From: Camelus dromedarius
Lineage: Eukaryota
Direction of reading: 5' to 3'
NCBI RefSeq assembly: GCF_036321535.1
Contig: NC_087436.1
Location: forward strand, 114,888,001 to 114,952,000
DNA: 64,000 nucleotides
Shown here: in pieces, positions 37,960-50,279 of the stretch
How the letters are laid out: every line of letters begins with the position of its first letter
Position numbering within the stretch: position 1 is the stretch's first letter
Program-made: the position numbers and the translations under genes
Notes under the pieces: generated by a model
The model's input: the letters and a program-made list of their open reading frames with translations, nothing else
The model's database searches: none
What the model was told of the DNA's origin: nothing

Positions 37960-38480
37960 CCAGTTCCAATATGGAAGCACTTTTGGAGCACGGGCTCTGG
38001 GTGAGGCAGTGTGTTCAGTGTTGTAAATGGAGCTGTATTTACTCTCCACAGTGGCTCCTTGAGGTAGATGTTATACCCACGTCCACTGTGCAGATGAGAC
38101 ACAGAGAAGTTAAGCAGTTTACCTATGGTTGCCTAGCTTGTACCTGTCACAGAGTCAGGCTCTGAACCCAGGCAGCTGGGTTCTCATGCACACTTGGCTC
38201 CACACGTGGCTCTCATGCACCATCTTCAAGGCCTCCTTAGTGGAAAGGCCCACACACCTGAGAGCAAGTGATCAAGCTTAGACTCTTGGATTTGTTTCTT
38301 GCCAGCTTGTGCAGCACTGAACAATATGCTTAAACTCTCTGTGCCTCAGTTTCCTCCTCTGTAAAATGGAGATGACTACTTCATAGGGATGAAGTGAGAA
38401 TTAAAGTGAATTGATTTCTATTAAATGCTTTAAACAGTGTCTGGCACAGAGTAGGTAGGTGCTCAATAAATGTTAGCCGG
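37960..38480. mobile_element. Divergent MIR pair (antisense ~37960-38190, sense ~38240-38480)
   Basis: cagatgagacacagagaagttaagcagtttacc…tgaacccaggcag; cttaaactctctgtgcctcagtttcctcctctgtaaaatggagatg…gctcaataaatgttagc. Confidence 0.75.
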
Positions 38481-39078
38481 CCTATGGTCATTGTGGCTGT
38501 TGTGGTCTTTGCGGGGAGGAAGGTCACAATGGGACATCTGATAAAGACCTCTAGCCTCATTCTCTGTTAAAAGGCTTGGAATCTCTAGTGGTGTCCAAAC
38601 ATTTTAGCATCAGGACAGCTGGCTTGACTCAAAATCTTAGAAACTGGTAACCTGAAAAATAGTCTTCTATAAATAAACAAAGCTGAGAATTTTCTTGGTA
38701 AATCTTACTTAATTCTTAAAGAAAGTATGTAAAATAATGTTCTTATATTCTCCATTGTATGGTGAAGAAATCGAGTCTCAGGTTTAAATAACTTGCCAGA
38801 GTCATTTGGCTGGTAAGTGGGAGAGCTAAGATTTGATCCTGAGAAGTCTGACCCAAGAACTCGTTCATAAAACCACTTTGATTAACTATTTCTACAGCAC
38901 TAAGTTTCATATCTATCTAAATGAAAATAGCGAACAAGTTTCTCTCATTTTATAACATCAAAATTAACTTTAATTCCTATGCTTGGGCAACTCAACTTGA
39001 CAGTATCAATAGACTGTACCTGCTGTACCCCCAAAGTATCTGGTATAAAAAACAAATCACGATTTATGGCAATTGCCC

Positions 39079-39576
39079 TGTGGTAGGCAAATTAAGGACC
39101 CCTGTCTAAAGATATCCACATCCTTATCCCCAGAATCTGTTACTTTACATGGGAAAAGGGACTTTGAAGATGGGATTGGGTTAAGAATCTTGAGAAAGAG
39201 ACTATTCTGGATTGTCTGGGTGTTCCCAGTATAGTCACAGGGCTATAATAAGGGGGAGGCAGGAGAGTGAGAGGAGGAGATGTGAGGACAGTAGCTGGGG
39301 GGAGGTGGGGGAGAGAGAGAAGGGGAGAGATTGAGATTTGAAGGTGCTGTGCAGCTGGCTTTGAAGATGGGGAAGAGGCTATAAGCCAAAGAAAGCAAGC
39401 AGCTTCAAGAAGCTGGAAAAGGCAAGGAAATAGATTCTTCTCTGGAGCCTCCAGAACAAATTTAGCACTGCTGACCCATTTTGGACTTCAGAACTGTAGA
39501 ATAATAATAAAAAATGTATTGCTTAAGCCTCTTAATTTATGGTACTTTGTTACAGTAGAAAAGGAGAGTACTATAC
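39079..39576 (+). mobile_element. MaLR solo LTR MLT1D-like
   Basis: tgtggtaggcaaattaagg…aaagatatccacatccttatccccagaatctgt…gaagctggaaaaggcaaggaaatagattcttctctggagcctccagaa. Confidence 0.85.
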
Positions 39577-39679
39577 CCCCATATGGCACTATCAGTGCAG
39601 TTTGTGCCGACTGAACGAACTTGGCTCTCTCCTCGCCCCACCCCGTAGGTTTTTCCCGTGTTCAAAGGTAAAGGACAAT

Positions 39680-40175
39680 CTACCAACAGTTCTACTACTA
39701 GACATTTGGGGAGAAGATGTGAAACTACACAAAAGCTTGCACACAAATATTTATAACAGCATTATTTATAAAAACAAAAATATGGCAACAATGTAAATGT
39801 ATATCCATTGATGAATGGATAAAAAATACATTATATACACATAGTGGGATACTGTCCAGTGACAGAAAGGAATGAAATACCAATAAATGGATGAATGAAT
39901 CTTGAAAATACTACGCTAAGTGAAGGAAGCCAGTCACATTGGACCACAACTATGAAATGTCCACAAAAGGCAAATCTAGGCGATAGGGAGTGGGGGTCGG
40001 CAGTGACTGCTAGTGGGTAGGGAAGTGTCTTTTGGGGGTGATGAAAATGTTCTAAAGTTGGACTATGGAGATAATTTTACAACTTTATAAATATACTAAA
40101 AATCACTGAAGTGTACATTTTGAAAGAGTGAACTTTATAATACATGAATAATAGCTCAATAAGGATAAAAAAGTA
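39680..40175 (+). mobile_element. Old L1 3' end (L1MB-like)
   Basis: cacacaaatatttataacagcattattt…acgctaagtgaaggaagccagtcaca…tttgggggtgatgaaaatgttctaaagttg…ctcaataa. Confidence 0.8.
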
Positions 40176-40228
40176 AAGGAGGCAGGTATTTATATTCTAA
40201 GCAGTAGGTAATCCCATGTTTTGTTTGG

Positions 40229-40352
40229 TGTATTAATAAAGGTTCTTCAGAGAAACAGAACCAACAGTATATGTATGTGTATATATATATATATGTATAA
40301 CACTCTAAATATGTGTATGTTTTATATACACACACACACACACACACATACA
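40229..40352 (-). mobile_element. MLT2 (ERVL) LTR terminal fragment with (TA)n/(CA)n microsatellite
   Basis: tgtattaataaaggttcttcagagaaacagaaccaacag followed by (TA)n and (CA)n, the typical antisense MLT2 end. Confidence 0.7.
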
Positions 40353-41273
40353 TAAAACAATGTTTGTTTCTTTCACTGGTACAGAAGAAGGCAGTTTAAA
40401 CAACTGATTTCCTGGAACACAAGACGCTGGAGAGCCCAGTGCTGTCGTTAAGAAAAGGCCATCTGTATTCCAGAAAGACCATTCCTGGTGGTTCTGATGT
40501 GAGCTATACAATAAAGTACCAATTTTCAGTGTGAGAAGATGATGCCTTGCTCAAATTAAGATAATCTCGAGCTAGGTCTAGAATCCGTGAAAATCATGTC
40601 ATCCAGGATTTTACTCACCTGAGAGAACAAAATATTTTTGCTGGCCTCGGTTCATCGTCTTTCACACATTTTACAGTGTGCGGTATTTTAATCACCGTCA
40701 ACCTGATGCGCTTTCAATGTAGAAGCTTTAGAAATGCTCGGTACCTTTTTTCTTTCAGTTTCTCTGGCAGCATTTAACTCTACAAGAATGTGTATGCTCC
40801 TTTCTTCACTGTATGCCCCACAGAAAATTAAACACTAAAGAGATTCTTGAAAATTTAGACCTGCACTTAATTCATGTGTATCCAAGAAAACAAACAACCC
40901 CCCCCCCAAAAAAAACCAAAAAACAAAAGAACAAGGAAGTAAATTCTGCCATTTAAAACAACAAGGCGCGTCTATACTATGCAATGATGACGTTGGTTAT
41001 GGAAAGAATAGGGAGAATGCCTTAGTTCAGAGTGCTTTGACAGAAAGAACAGAGGGAATTTATGGTTGTCAGGGCCTGGAGGGAAGAACGGGAGAGGAGA
41101 CGGGGTGTGTGCAGCAGCAGAAGCTGTCTGGGAGGGCTCGAGGTTCTGGGCTTGTTCTGAGCTTTCTTGTTAACCAACTCATTGATGGTTTTGATCTTGG
41201 ATCACCCACTCACCCATGCTCTCAAGCTCAGCCTTTCTCAGAAGTGAAAATGGCCCATCCCCAACTTCTCTCT

Positions 41274-41790
41274 TTTTTTTTTTTTAATTTTTGACTCTTT
41301 TTTTAATTGAAGTATATTGATATACAATGTTTCAGGTGTACAGCAAAGTGATGCAGTCATGCACATCCACACACAAACACATATATACAGATACATATAT
41401 CTGTTCTTTCTCAGCTTCTTTCTCTTTATAGGTTATTACAAGATATTAAATGTAGTTCCTTGTGCTACATAGTAGTTCCTTGTTGTTCATCTATTTTACA
41501 TATAGTAGTTTGTTAATCCTAAATTCCCATTTATCTCTCCCCTCCTCCTTCCTCTTTGGTAACCATGTTTGTTTTCTATGTCTGTGAGTCTGTTTTTGTT
41601 TGTAAATAAGTTCATTTGTATCATTTTTTTTAGATTCTACATATAAGTAATATCATATGATACGTAACTTTCTTTATCTGACTTACTTCACTTAGTATGA
41701 TAGTCTCTAAGTCCATTCATGTTGCTGCAAATGGCATTATTTCATTCTTTATGGCTGAGTAGCATTCCACTGTATACATACACCACATCT
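41274..41790 (-). mobile_element. 5'-truncated L1 (cetartiodactyl type), apparently splitting a MIR relic
   Basis: T tail, ttcaggtgtacagcaaagtgat…gacttacttcacttagtatgatagtctctaagtccattcatgttgctgcaaatggc; no clean TSD resolved. Confidence 0.88.
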
Positions 41791-43840
41791 TTTGATTAGT
41801 AGGAATGTGGAGAGACATTGTGAGAGTAACCTCTCATGTTGCCTCGCTCAGCTCCTCCTGAAGGGTCTTCAGATGACCCGGTTCTGAAAGAGAGACTGGC
41901 TGCACATAGCCTGCTCCCACTCTCCCCGTCTTTCTCTCTTGGAATCCAGATTCCCACAGGGAGAACTTGCTCTCCCTGCTGCTCCAGGCAGGACAGTTTT
42001 TGTGGAGACTTGCTTGCTGTGTGGTAGTCTAGGACAGCCTGCGATGGGGTGTGTAAGGCTGCAGATAATTCTGGAGTTTATGGTGAGAAATTTCAGTTTC
42101 TCATAGATCTGAACTTCACTAGTAATAAAGTTGATATTTTTTCTCTCATCTTCCAGCATCTTTCCTTTGTGCATAGTTTCTTACGAACTTGGGTGAGAAA
42201 GAGACATGCTGTTTGTCGGGGACTCTGAAGGACCGTGATCTGCCTCTTGTCTTTAGTCTGACTATTCTTCTAAGCATGTTTACCTCATTGTGTCCTTTCC
42301 TGGCACACAGTTCTGCAAAATCAGATGATGTGCACATTTTGGAAAGAATTGTCCAACAGGCTTGTGATCGTGACCCTTTGGTTTATTTTCATTTATTTCT
42401 GTGTTTTAAAAATCAAGATTAAAAGTAGAGGCTTGTTCTAGTAAAAATTTAAATTTGGGAGGCCCATTAATGAGGCCAGTTGGTCAGTCTATGAATATGA
42501 ATGTTGATTAACTACCTGCAAGATGCCATGGATTGAGAACAGAATGTAGTCCTGGTCCTCAAGCATCTGCCATTCTAACGGGAGACGCAGTCACCCAAAG
42601 CGATGGTTATGCTGAGGTTCTAAGCTCAGAGATAGATGTGTGGAGAACACTCTATCAAAAATGGCTTGGTCAAAATGATATAACCAGGTGCTTCTGTTCC
42701 AGCTGAAGGCACGTGTGGCCTAAAAGTGTATGTCATAACCTACCGTAAATCGCAAACAGACTAATTCTAGTATTGTCAAATACGATCAGAACTAGGATCA
42801 CTGAAGTCTCTTCAAGAGTAAGGATTTGTTTTATTTATTTATTTGTATTCCTTCACCTTAGAAGCGTATCTGGCACATAGCAGGATACATACGTACATGA
42901 CGTTTCATCCATTCATCATCCATCCATCATCTGTGCATTTTCCACACGTATCTGAGTGTACCTTGAAAAGTGCTCAGTATATTGTTACAAATAAAAGTGA
43001 CAAGAGTGTCTTGTCTGATGGCATTTATTAATGCTAGACTTCTAAAAATCCTTTCATTTAAATGCTTTCACATGTTAATGCACAGCTACTGAATGCTTAC
43101 TGTCATAAATGATATATGATACACTTATATATTATAAATATCACTGAATGTTTATGTGACTGTCACCTCCCACAGGATGTTTGCATCTCCCTTGTAAATT
43201 ATTATTTGTATTTCCAATTCCTTTGATGTAGAGTTTCATATATAGGAAGAGGGAAAAAAAGCAGGATACTGAAAGTCTGGTCACTAGTCCTGGGCCCAAA
43301 TAAGGAAAAACCAAGTTAAAAATTATTTAAAGAAAAATCTAGAAGTAGATTTAACATCTCTGGAAGTTAAATTAAATTTCAATAGAAAAAATATAATACA
43401 TTTAATTTTATTGTTTAGATGATCTCAGACTAGAAGTCAATAATACTTATCCTTATCATAAAAGAGCTACCAAGGCTTCAGTCCCCCCACTGAGTTAAAT
43501 CTCTGGATGCTAATGGCCAGTACAGGGGGCTCACGTCTCTGGACAGCTTCACTGCCATGTTTGAGTTTTCTGTATTCTGTGGCAGCCGAGGCTGAGGAGT
43601 GTGGGCATCCTGCTGCAGAGGCTGTCGTCATTGATCTTCCCTCCCTAAGGAGGTTCCACGCTTGCCTCCCCTCCCCCACCTGCCCTGGATGCAGCTCTTT
43701 GTGCTCAGTCCTCCTTTTGGGGCCACTTCCCAGGGTGAACCACCTCCAGCAGAGCTGCTCAAGATCATTTCTAGAATGTTTATCCCCCTCCCTTTTTTTT
43801 TTTACCTCTGGGGACTGCCAGCGGATGGACACTTCTATTT

Positions 43841-44408
43841 ATTTCTTTTATTTTTATTTTTTTAAACAGAAGTATAGTCAGTGTACAATGTTGTATCAGT
43901 TTCTGGTGGACAGCATCATGTTTCAGTCATACATACACATAACATATATTTGTTTTCATATTCTTTTTCATTATAGATTATTATAAGATATTGAGTATAG
44001 TTCCCTGAGCTATACAGTAGAAACTTGTTATTTATCTATTTTATATATAATAGTATCTGCAAATTTAGACCTTCCAATTTATTCCTTCCCATTCCTTTTC
44101 CCCTGGTAACCATATGTTTGTTTACTATGTCTGTGAATCCGCTTCTGTTTGTAGATGAGTTCATTAGTGTCTACTTTTTTCTTTTTTTAGTTCCTCATAT
44201 GAGTGATATGTGGTATTTTTGTTTCTCTTTCTGGCTTATTTCACTTAGAATGAACATCTCCAGGTCCATCCATGTTGCTGCAAATGGCATTATTTTATTA
44301 TTATTTATGGTTGAGTAGTATTCCATTGTATAAATGTACCATAACTTCTTCATCCGGTCATCTGTCTATGGACATTTAGGTTATTTCCATATCTGGGCTG
44401 TTGTATAT
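43841..44408 (-). mobile_element. 5'-truncated lineage-specific L1
   Basis: Antisense ORF2 end and 3' UTR. TSD core TGGACACTT at 43826-43834 and 44409-44417. Confidence 0.9.
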
Positions 44409-44751
44409 TGGACACTTTTCTTTTAAATCTCCAAAACAAAATAGATTGTTACAGTCAATCGTTTTCAGATAATAGTCTTTAAATCTACCTCTCTAAGAAA
44501 AGCCACCCTTAAAGATGTCAAAGTCCACTAACCTTTCTGAGGGATGGAATGATGGAAGGAGGGATGGTTGGAAGGGAGGGAATCAGAACAAAGAAGGTAG
44601 GATTAGTGTTGGTTCAGAGGGAGGACATGCCTTTATCTGAGACAGGAGGGAAAATGGAAGACAGATGAAGACATAGAAATATGAAGCAGAGAGACAAGTC
44701 AGAGATTACTTTTTTCTGTAGACTAAAGAAACTAAAATACTTAGGTTCAGA

Positions 44752-45188
44752 TATATATATCAGCTGCTAAAATAATGCTGTGTAACAAATTGCCCCCAAA
44801 CTCAGTGTCATACAACAATAAATATTTATTTCTAGTTCATTGGCAGGGATCAGATCATCTAGGATGGGCCTGGCAGGGCTTGGCTGGGCTCAGTCATGAG
44901 TCTGAAGTTGGGCTAGGTTTGTTCATGTGTCTGTAGATTGGCTCTTCTCCACATGTTCTTCATCCTCTTATGGAGCTAATGGACTAGCCTGGGCATGCTT
45001 TTGGCATGGCTAGAGAAGAAGGCAAGAGAAGCAACCCCAATTGTATAAGACTTTTTTTTTTTGTCTGTTTGTGTCAGACTTATCAACATCACATTGCCCC
45101 AAAGTAAGGCCATAGTGGAATGTCCTGTGAGGTCACATGGCACAGATATGGGGCTGGGAAGAACTGAGACCATTCTGCTACTCTACCA
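44752..45188 (-). mobile_element. Old MaLR LTR (MLT1H/I-like)
   Basis: aataatgctgtgtaacaaattgcccccaaactcagtgtcatacaacaataaatatttatt…catcacattgccccaaagtaaggccatag. Confidence 0.7.
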
Positions 45189-46574
45189 AAATGTTGTTTA
45201 CTCTTACCTATCCTCTGCCCCATCTCCAAAAAATCTTAGTAATTTTGACACTTAAAAAATATAGCAATGAAACTACAGTGATATTAATTCTTATGGTTTG
45301 AGAATTCCAGAATAATCTTCTAGCCACTAATCACACAGCAAAGCAAAGAATGCTGTATTTTAAGGGCACCCTCTTAGAGCCTGTGGATTCTGTAGATTTC
45401 CATCTTTTTATGTTACACATGGGGAATCTGAAGACAGAAGAGATGGTTAGTGGAAAAGCTGGTATTAGAATGTGAATTCCAGTCCATTAAACTTTCCACT
45501 TTACTTTGGACTCAATGCAGCTCTGTAATGGCAGAGAGAATTAAGACCCCATTTTACAGATTGTTAACCAAGAGATGAAGTTACATCCCAGGGGTCGGAT
45601 AGCAATTCAGGGCCTTTCCATTTTATCCGGCCAGTTGTACAGTTGTACATTCTATGTTCCTTTTCTCACCGTAGGGCACTCAGCTAATTTTGAAAAAGGA
45701 AGGCATGAACCTTCACTTGGAAGCCACAACACTGTGAAACTGAGGTGTGATATAGAACTTACAAATTAGATATTAGCTCGTAATGTGATCTGGCCGTGAG
45801 GAAAGCCGACCCTGCTGGGCCGGCCTGTGCTAGGAGTCAAGCTGCAGGAAAAGGAATAATCCCCCTTTATATGGCACTGGTGAGACTGCACCTGGAAAGC
45901 AGGCCCCTGCTCCCAGCCTCGGTACCCAGGCCATGTGGATGGGGAGAAGGGAACTGTATGATTCATTTGTAGCTGGAGGAAATGACCTAGGGGGAGAGAT
46001 TAAAGAGCTTACCAGGCTTGCCTTCCTCCCCTAGCAAGGGACCCCGGGCAGCTGAGAGGCCCATTGGCTGGTCCACTGTACTGAAGTCTTTGGGTCCTTG
46101 AGGCAGAAGGCCCTACAGTATCTGCTCTGTTGTTCCAGTTCCATCTCTCGTTCCCCGCCCCATGCTCTTTATGTTTTTTTAATCTGTTTGGATTCTTAGC
46201 TTCTGAGATTTTCCCAAATCTTTCCTACCTTGGGGCTTTTGTATCTCCTTTGTCCTAGCAGCTGCTTCCTGCCATCACTTTTAGGTATCAGCCACCTTGT
46301 CACTTTCATAATAAGCATTCCCTGGACTCCCCAGCAAGGTGAGGGTCTCCTGTTACCTGCTCTCCATCACCTGCATATTTCCTGTCCCTCTCGTCTTACC
46401 TTGACTGCCTTGCGCACTGTGTTTCTTAAGGCATCAGAAGCTGCGTCTATTTTGTCCACTGTTGTATTATATCCCTGACACATTCCAGGGGACAATAAAT
46501 ATCTGCTGAGGAAATGAGGGGCAACCAGCAGTTGGGCACAGTGACAGTGAGTCGCACCTGTGTGCCTTTGCTTG

Positions 46575-46585
46575 TGCTGAGTCAC
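46575..46585 (-). promoter_or_regulatory. Exact NRF2/BACH1-sMAF antioxidant-response element consensus (GTGACTCAGCA)
   Basis: TGCTGAGTCAC on the + strand. Motif match only; function untested. Confidence 0.3.
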
Positions 46586-47514
46586 CTGCCTGGGGTGCAC
46601 TGCTTCTTTTTCTGACCTGTCCAAAGGCAGCAGGAAGAGCGCTGGCCCAGGAGACAAAAAATGTGACTCCAGTCCTGTGTCTTCAGCTTATCAGTCACAT
46701 GACGGGAGGGAAATCATTGACCCTCTTCAAGCCTTGGTCTCAGTCTATCAAATAGAGATAGTAATGCCTTTCCTGAGGATTAAATGCAAAATCCTTTCTC
46801 ATTTTTAAATGGTTTCTGAAACACATTTGAGATGGTTAATTGCATGTTCACAAATACCAGGTCAATCTTGCTTCTGGTATAACCTTTGTTCATTACCAGT
46901 TATGTCACAATTTCTCTGAACTTTTCGTTCCTCTCTTGAGATATGGAATGATCATATCTGTCCCACATCCAGAGCTGTGGGGGTCGGGGGAAGGAAAGTG
47001 GGGCCAATGGAAGATGGTGGTGAGACATGGTGAGCAGGAGCAGGGTACCACATCCTCCCCACCCTGCTCTATACCAACCCCCTTCCATCAATGGATTGAC
47101 ATGACTGCTAAGGTACAGAGATCCCCATGTGTTCAGGGATGTAGAACCGGCAACTGCACTTAATGAAACATGAATTGAATCTCTTCAGAAGGGTGTATGA
47201 GGGCTGGGGGGTCTAGGAGTCAGTGGCTTTCATCACTTTTGCAGCTGCTGGCTACTCACATAGCTGGTAACCCCTCCCTACCCCCACCCCAAATCTGGGT
47301 GGCAGTCCCTTGCATGTAGTAGCTGTCGCCTGTATTTGGCAAGAAGAGAGAAATAATTACCATTGAAAACAAAAACTGATTCTAGCCTTATTCTGTCTCC
47401 TCAGGGAGTGTTCAGAATAATTCAAGCTCAGGAATATGATTATTTTACTTAGGGAAGCACACTGATGGGTGGCCTAGGCTGGGAAAAAGACCAATGGACT
47501 TGTTCTGCATCGTG

Positions 47515-47735
47515 GTTGAGAGCATGGATTCCAAGTCACACGTCTAGGGACTGAATGCTGGTACCACTCCTGAGCGGGAAGGCCCTCAGGCTCTCTGTCT
47601 GTCGTTTTCTCATCTACGATGTGGGATGGAAATTGCGCCCGCCTCAGTGGCTTCTTGTGAGGATTAACTGAGGCAAATACCTAGAGTGTAGACCAGTGTC
47701 TGGCAAGCAGAGATTGAATGACAGATATTAGCGTT
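47515..47735 (+). mobile_element. MIR SINE relic
   Basis: gtggttgagagcatggattccaagtcacacgtctaggg…tgtcgttttctcatctacgatgtggga…ttgtgaggattaactgag. Confidence 0.7.
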
Positions 47736-47747
47736 TTTTTGTAATTA

Positions 47748-48930
47748 CAGTTGATCCCCATTATTCATAGATTCCTTATTTGCAAACTAAGCTACTGGCT
47801 AAAATGTACTGTAACATCAAAATCAACACACAGTGCTTTCACAACCATTCGTGGACGTAGGACAGGTAGTGACAAATTCAAGTCACCCGTCATGCACGTT
47901 TCCGACTGAGGCTGAGCAAAGCAATGCTCGGCTCTCTTGTTTCAGCCCACACTGTAGACAAGTGTCCTTCTCACGGGCTGTTCAGTCGTACGTGTTTTGC
48001 ATTTTTCTGCTTCTTGGTGCTGTGTCAGCTGTTTATTTTATTTTATTTTTGAAATTTTTAATTTTTTTATTGAAGTATAGTCAGTTACAGTGTGTCAGTT
48101 TCTGGTGCACAGCACAATGTCTGAGTCATGCATATACATACATATATTCATTATCATAATCTTTTTCATTAAAGGTTATTGCAAGATACTTGAATATAGT
48201 TCCCTGTGCTCTACAGAAGAAATTTGTTTTATCTATTTTTATATATACTGGTTAACATTTGCAAATCTCAAACTCCCAAATTTATCCTTTTCTACCCCCT
48301 TTCCCCAGTAACCATAAGATTGTTTACTATGTCTGTGAGTCTGTTTCTGTTTTGTAGATGAGGTCATTAGTGTCCTCTTTTTTTTTTTTTTTTTATTCCA
48401 CATATAAGTGATATCAAGTGGTATTTTTCTTTCTCTTTCTGGCTTACTTCACTTAGAATGACAATCTCCGGGTCCATCCATGTTGCTGCAAATGGCATTA
48501 TTTTATTCTTTTTATGGCTGAGTAGTATTCCATTGTATAGATATACCACAACTTCTTTATCCAGTCATCTGTCAATAGTATGTCAGCTGTTTAAATGGGC
48601 CCCCAAGTGAAGTGCTGAAGTGCTGTCTAGTGTTCCTATGTGTAAGAAGATGGGTGTGACTTACAGAGAAAATACATGTGTCAGATAAGCTTCATTCAAG
48701 CGTGGGTTAGAGTGCACTTGGCTGTGAGTTCAATGTTAATGACTCAATAATATATATTAGATAAAGTGTCTTTAAATGGAGACACATACCAGTTTATGTA
48801 TGTGACCAGAGGCTTCTCTGTGACCAGGGAACCTTACCCTGTCTTTCCCCTAGGAGCGGTGACTCAGTATTCACTAATCCAGTCTTTGTGGTGACTTTAT
48901 GTAACTACTGCAAGTAATGATAACCTACTA
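47748..48930 (+). mobile_element. TcMar-Tigger non-autonomous DNA transposon (MER82-like), split by an L1
   Basis: TA|cagttgatccccattattcatagattcc…; internal gcccccaagtgaagtgctgaagtgctgtctagtgttcct…gagttcaatgttaatga; decayed right end followed by TA (48931-48932). Confidence 0.8.
48036..48580 (-). mobile_element. 5'-truncated lineage-specific L1 nested in the Tigger element
   Basis: ORF 48367-48549(-) gives KKNKIMPFAATWMDPEIVILSEVSQKEKEKYHLISLICGI, the L1 ORF2 C-terminus. Perfect TSD TGTCAGCTGTTTA at 48023-48035 and 48581-48593. Confidence 0.93.
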
Positions 48931-50128
48931 TACTTTGAAATCCATTCTCCCAAGAAAAGAATTGAATGGTTGGGGTCTGTAAAAATGAGGAAGATGTAAC
49001 AGTGATCTCTTTCTCTCTGTCTCTCTCTCAAAATATAGATGAATATAGATTTAAAAGACTGATAGGAGCCCACAGAAGGATGCAGACTGAAAATTCTCTC
49101 CGGCTGGTAATGGCCTATATGTGAAGGCAAGTATCTTTATCTTGGTGAGATGGATTGATAAATTCTGACCAGCAGTGGTCCCCCCCAGCCCCCACCTCTG
49201 GTCGGAAATCAGCCCATTTCTCCTGGAAAGAAAATGCACGAAGTAGGTTTGTAGTTAACACAGACCCTGATGTTTCTGCTGCTTTTCTGATATTAGTGTA
49301 GTTTGACCCACACTTATGGGTGGCTTTAGAGAATTAGGGGAAACGCATGCAGGTTTTGCCTTCATACTCTTAAATGGCCTATAGCACCTAAGAGGTGAAA
49401 TGGTTGTATTCATGCTAATCTTTCATCCCGTCCATCTGAATGACCTAAGGAAAACAATGACTTCATGTTTCTGCTGAGTCCCTTCACTTAAACTACAGAG
49501 CAGACCTATTTGTTGTTTCTGCTCAACATCATAATGTAAGATCATTTGCTTAAGACATTAGTGAAACTCTAGCAATTTCTGTCTAGGACTGTGCTGTCTA
49601 ATACAGATTCTCAAGTGCCTCGGGGCACTTTAAAAGAGAGTGTGACCCTAGAAACTTAAGAGTGCTTGGGGATGCCCATAGTGGGCCCTCATGCTGGAGC
49701 CCTCTTGTTGCGTGTGTTATTTCATATATTGCAGATAATTGTGATTTGGGGGTTTGAAGCCAGCAAGAGAAATACAAATGCTGGGCTCTTAAAATCTAAG
49801 TTCACAGTTCCCCTCCATCTGCCCTCTTCTCTCGTGTCCTTTGTGCCCGTCCCGAACTATATTTCATTTATTCATTCCCTCTGACCTCTTTTGAACTTTT
49901 ACTATATAGAAGGAGCTCTAAATTGCTGGGTGCTGAGGGGACAGGGTCCTACCTCATAGAGACAGTTTTATCCAGGATACTTATTTTATCTTGGGTCTAC
50001 TGGAAGTTTTCTCTACATCTTCATTCATTCTGCCTTCTGCCCCTCTTACGTCTTTCAGTAACTATTGGTCAGGTGACGATGGTGGGATCAGAGAGAGGAG
50101 GATTAGAGAATTAAAAGTCAATAATGAA

Positions 50129-50279
50129 GGGGAGGGTAGAGCTCAAGTGGTGGAGTGCATGCTTAGCATGCATGAGGTCCTGGGTTCAATCCCTAGCACC
50201 TCCTGCAAAGATAAATAAATAAATATGCCTAATTAACTCCCCCTCATAAAACAAAACAAAACACAACAAAAAAAAAGTC
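50129..50279 (+). mobile_element. tRNA-Ala-derived SINE, camelid Vic-1 type
   Basis: GGGGAGGGTAGAGCTCAAGTGGTGGAGTGCATGCTTAGCATGCATGAGGTCCTGGGTTCAATCCCTAGCACCTCC plus an (AAAAC)n/A tail. Diverged TSD AAAGTCAATAATGA (50114-50127) / AAAGTCAGTAGTGA (50280-50293). Confidence 0.9.

Noticed and set aside
43507..43986. 159-aa ORF
   Set aside because: The C-terminal part is the antisense polyA tail and 3' UTR of an L1; no protein similarity recognised.
48367..48549. ORF with real protein similarity
   Set aside because: It is the C-terminus of L1 ORF2 in a 5'-truncated copy, not a host gene. The same applies to 2227-2481 and 23845-24111.
50129..50203. tRNA-Ala-like sequence
   Set aside because: SINE head: followed by the SINE body and A-rich tail and flanked by a TSD.
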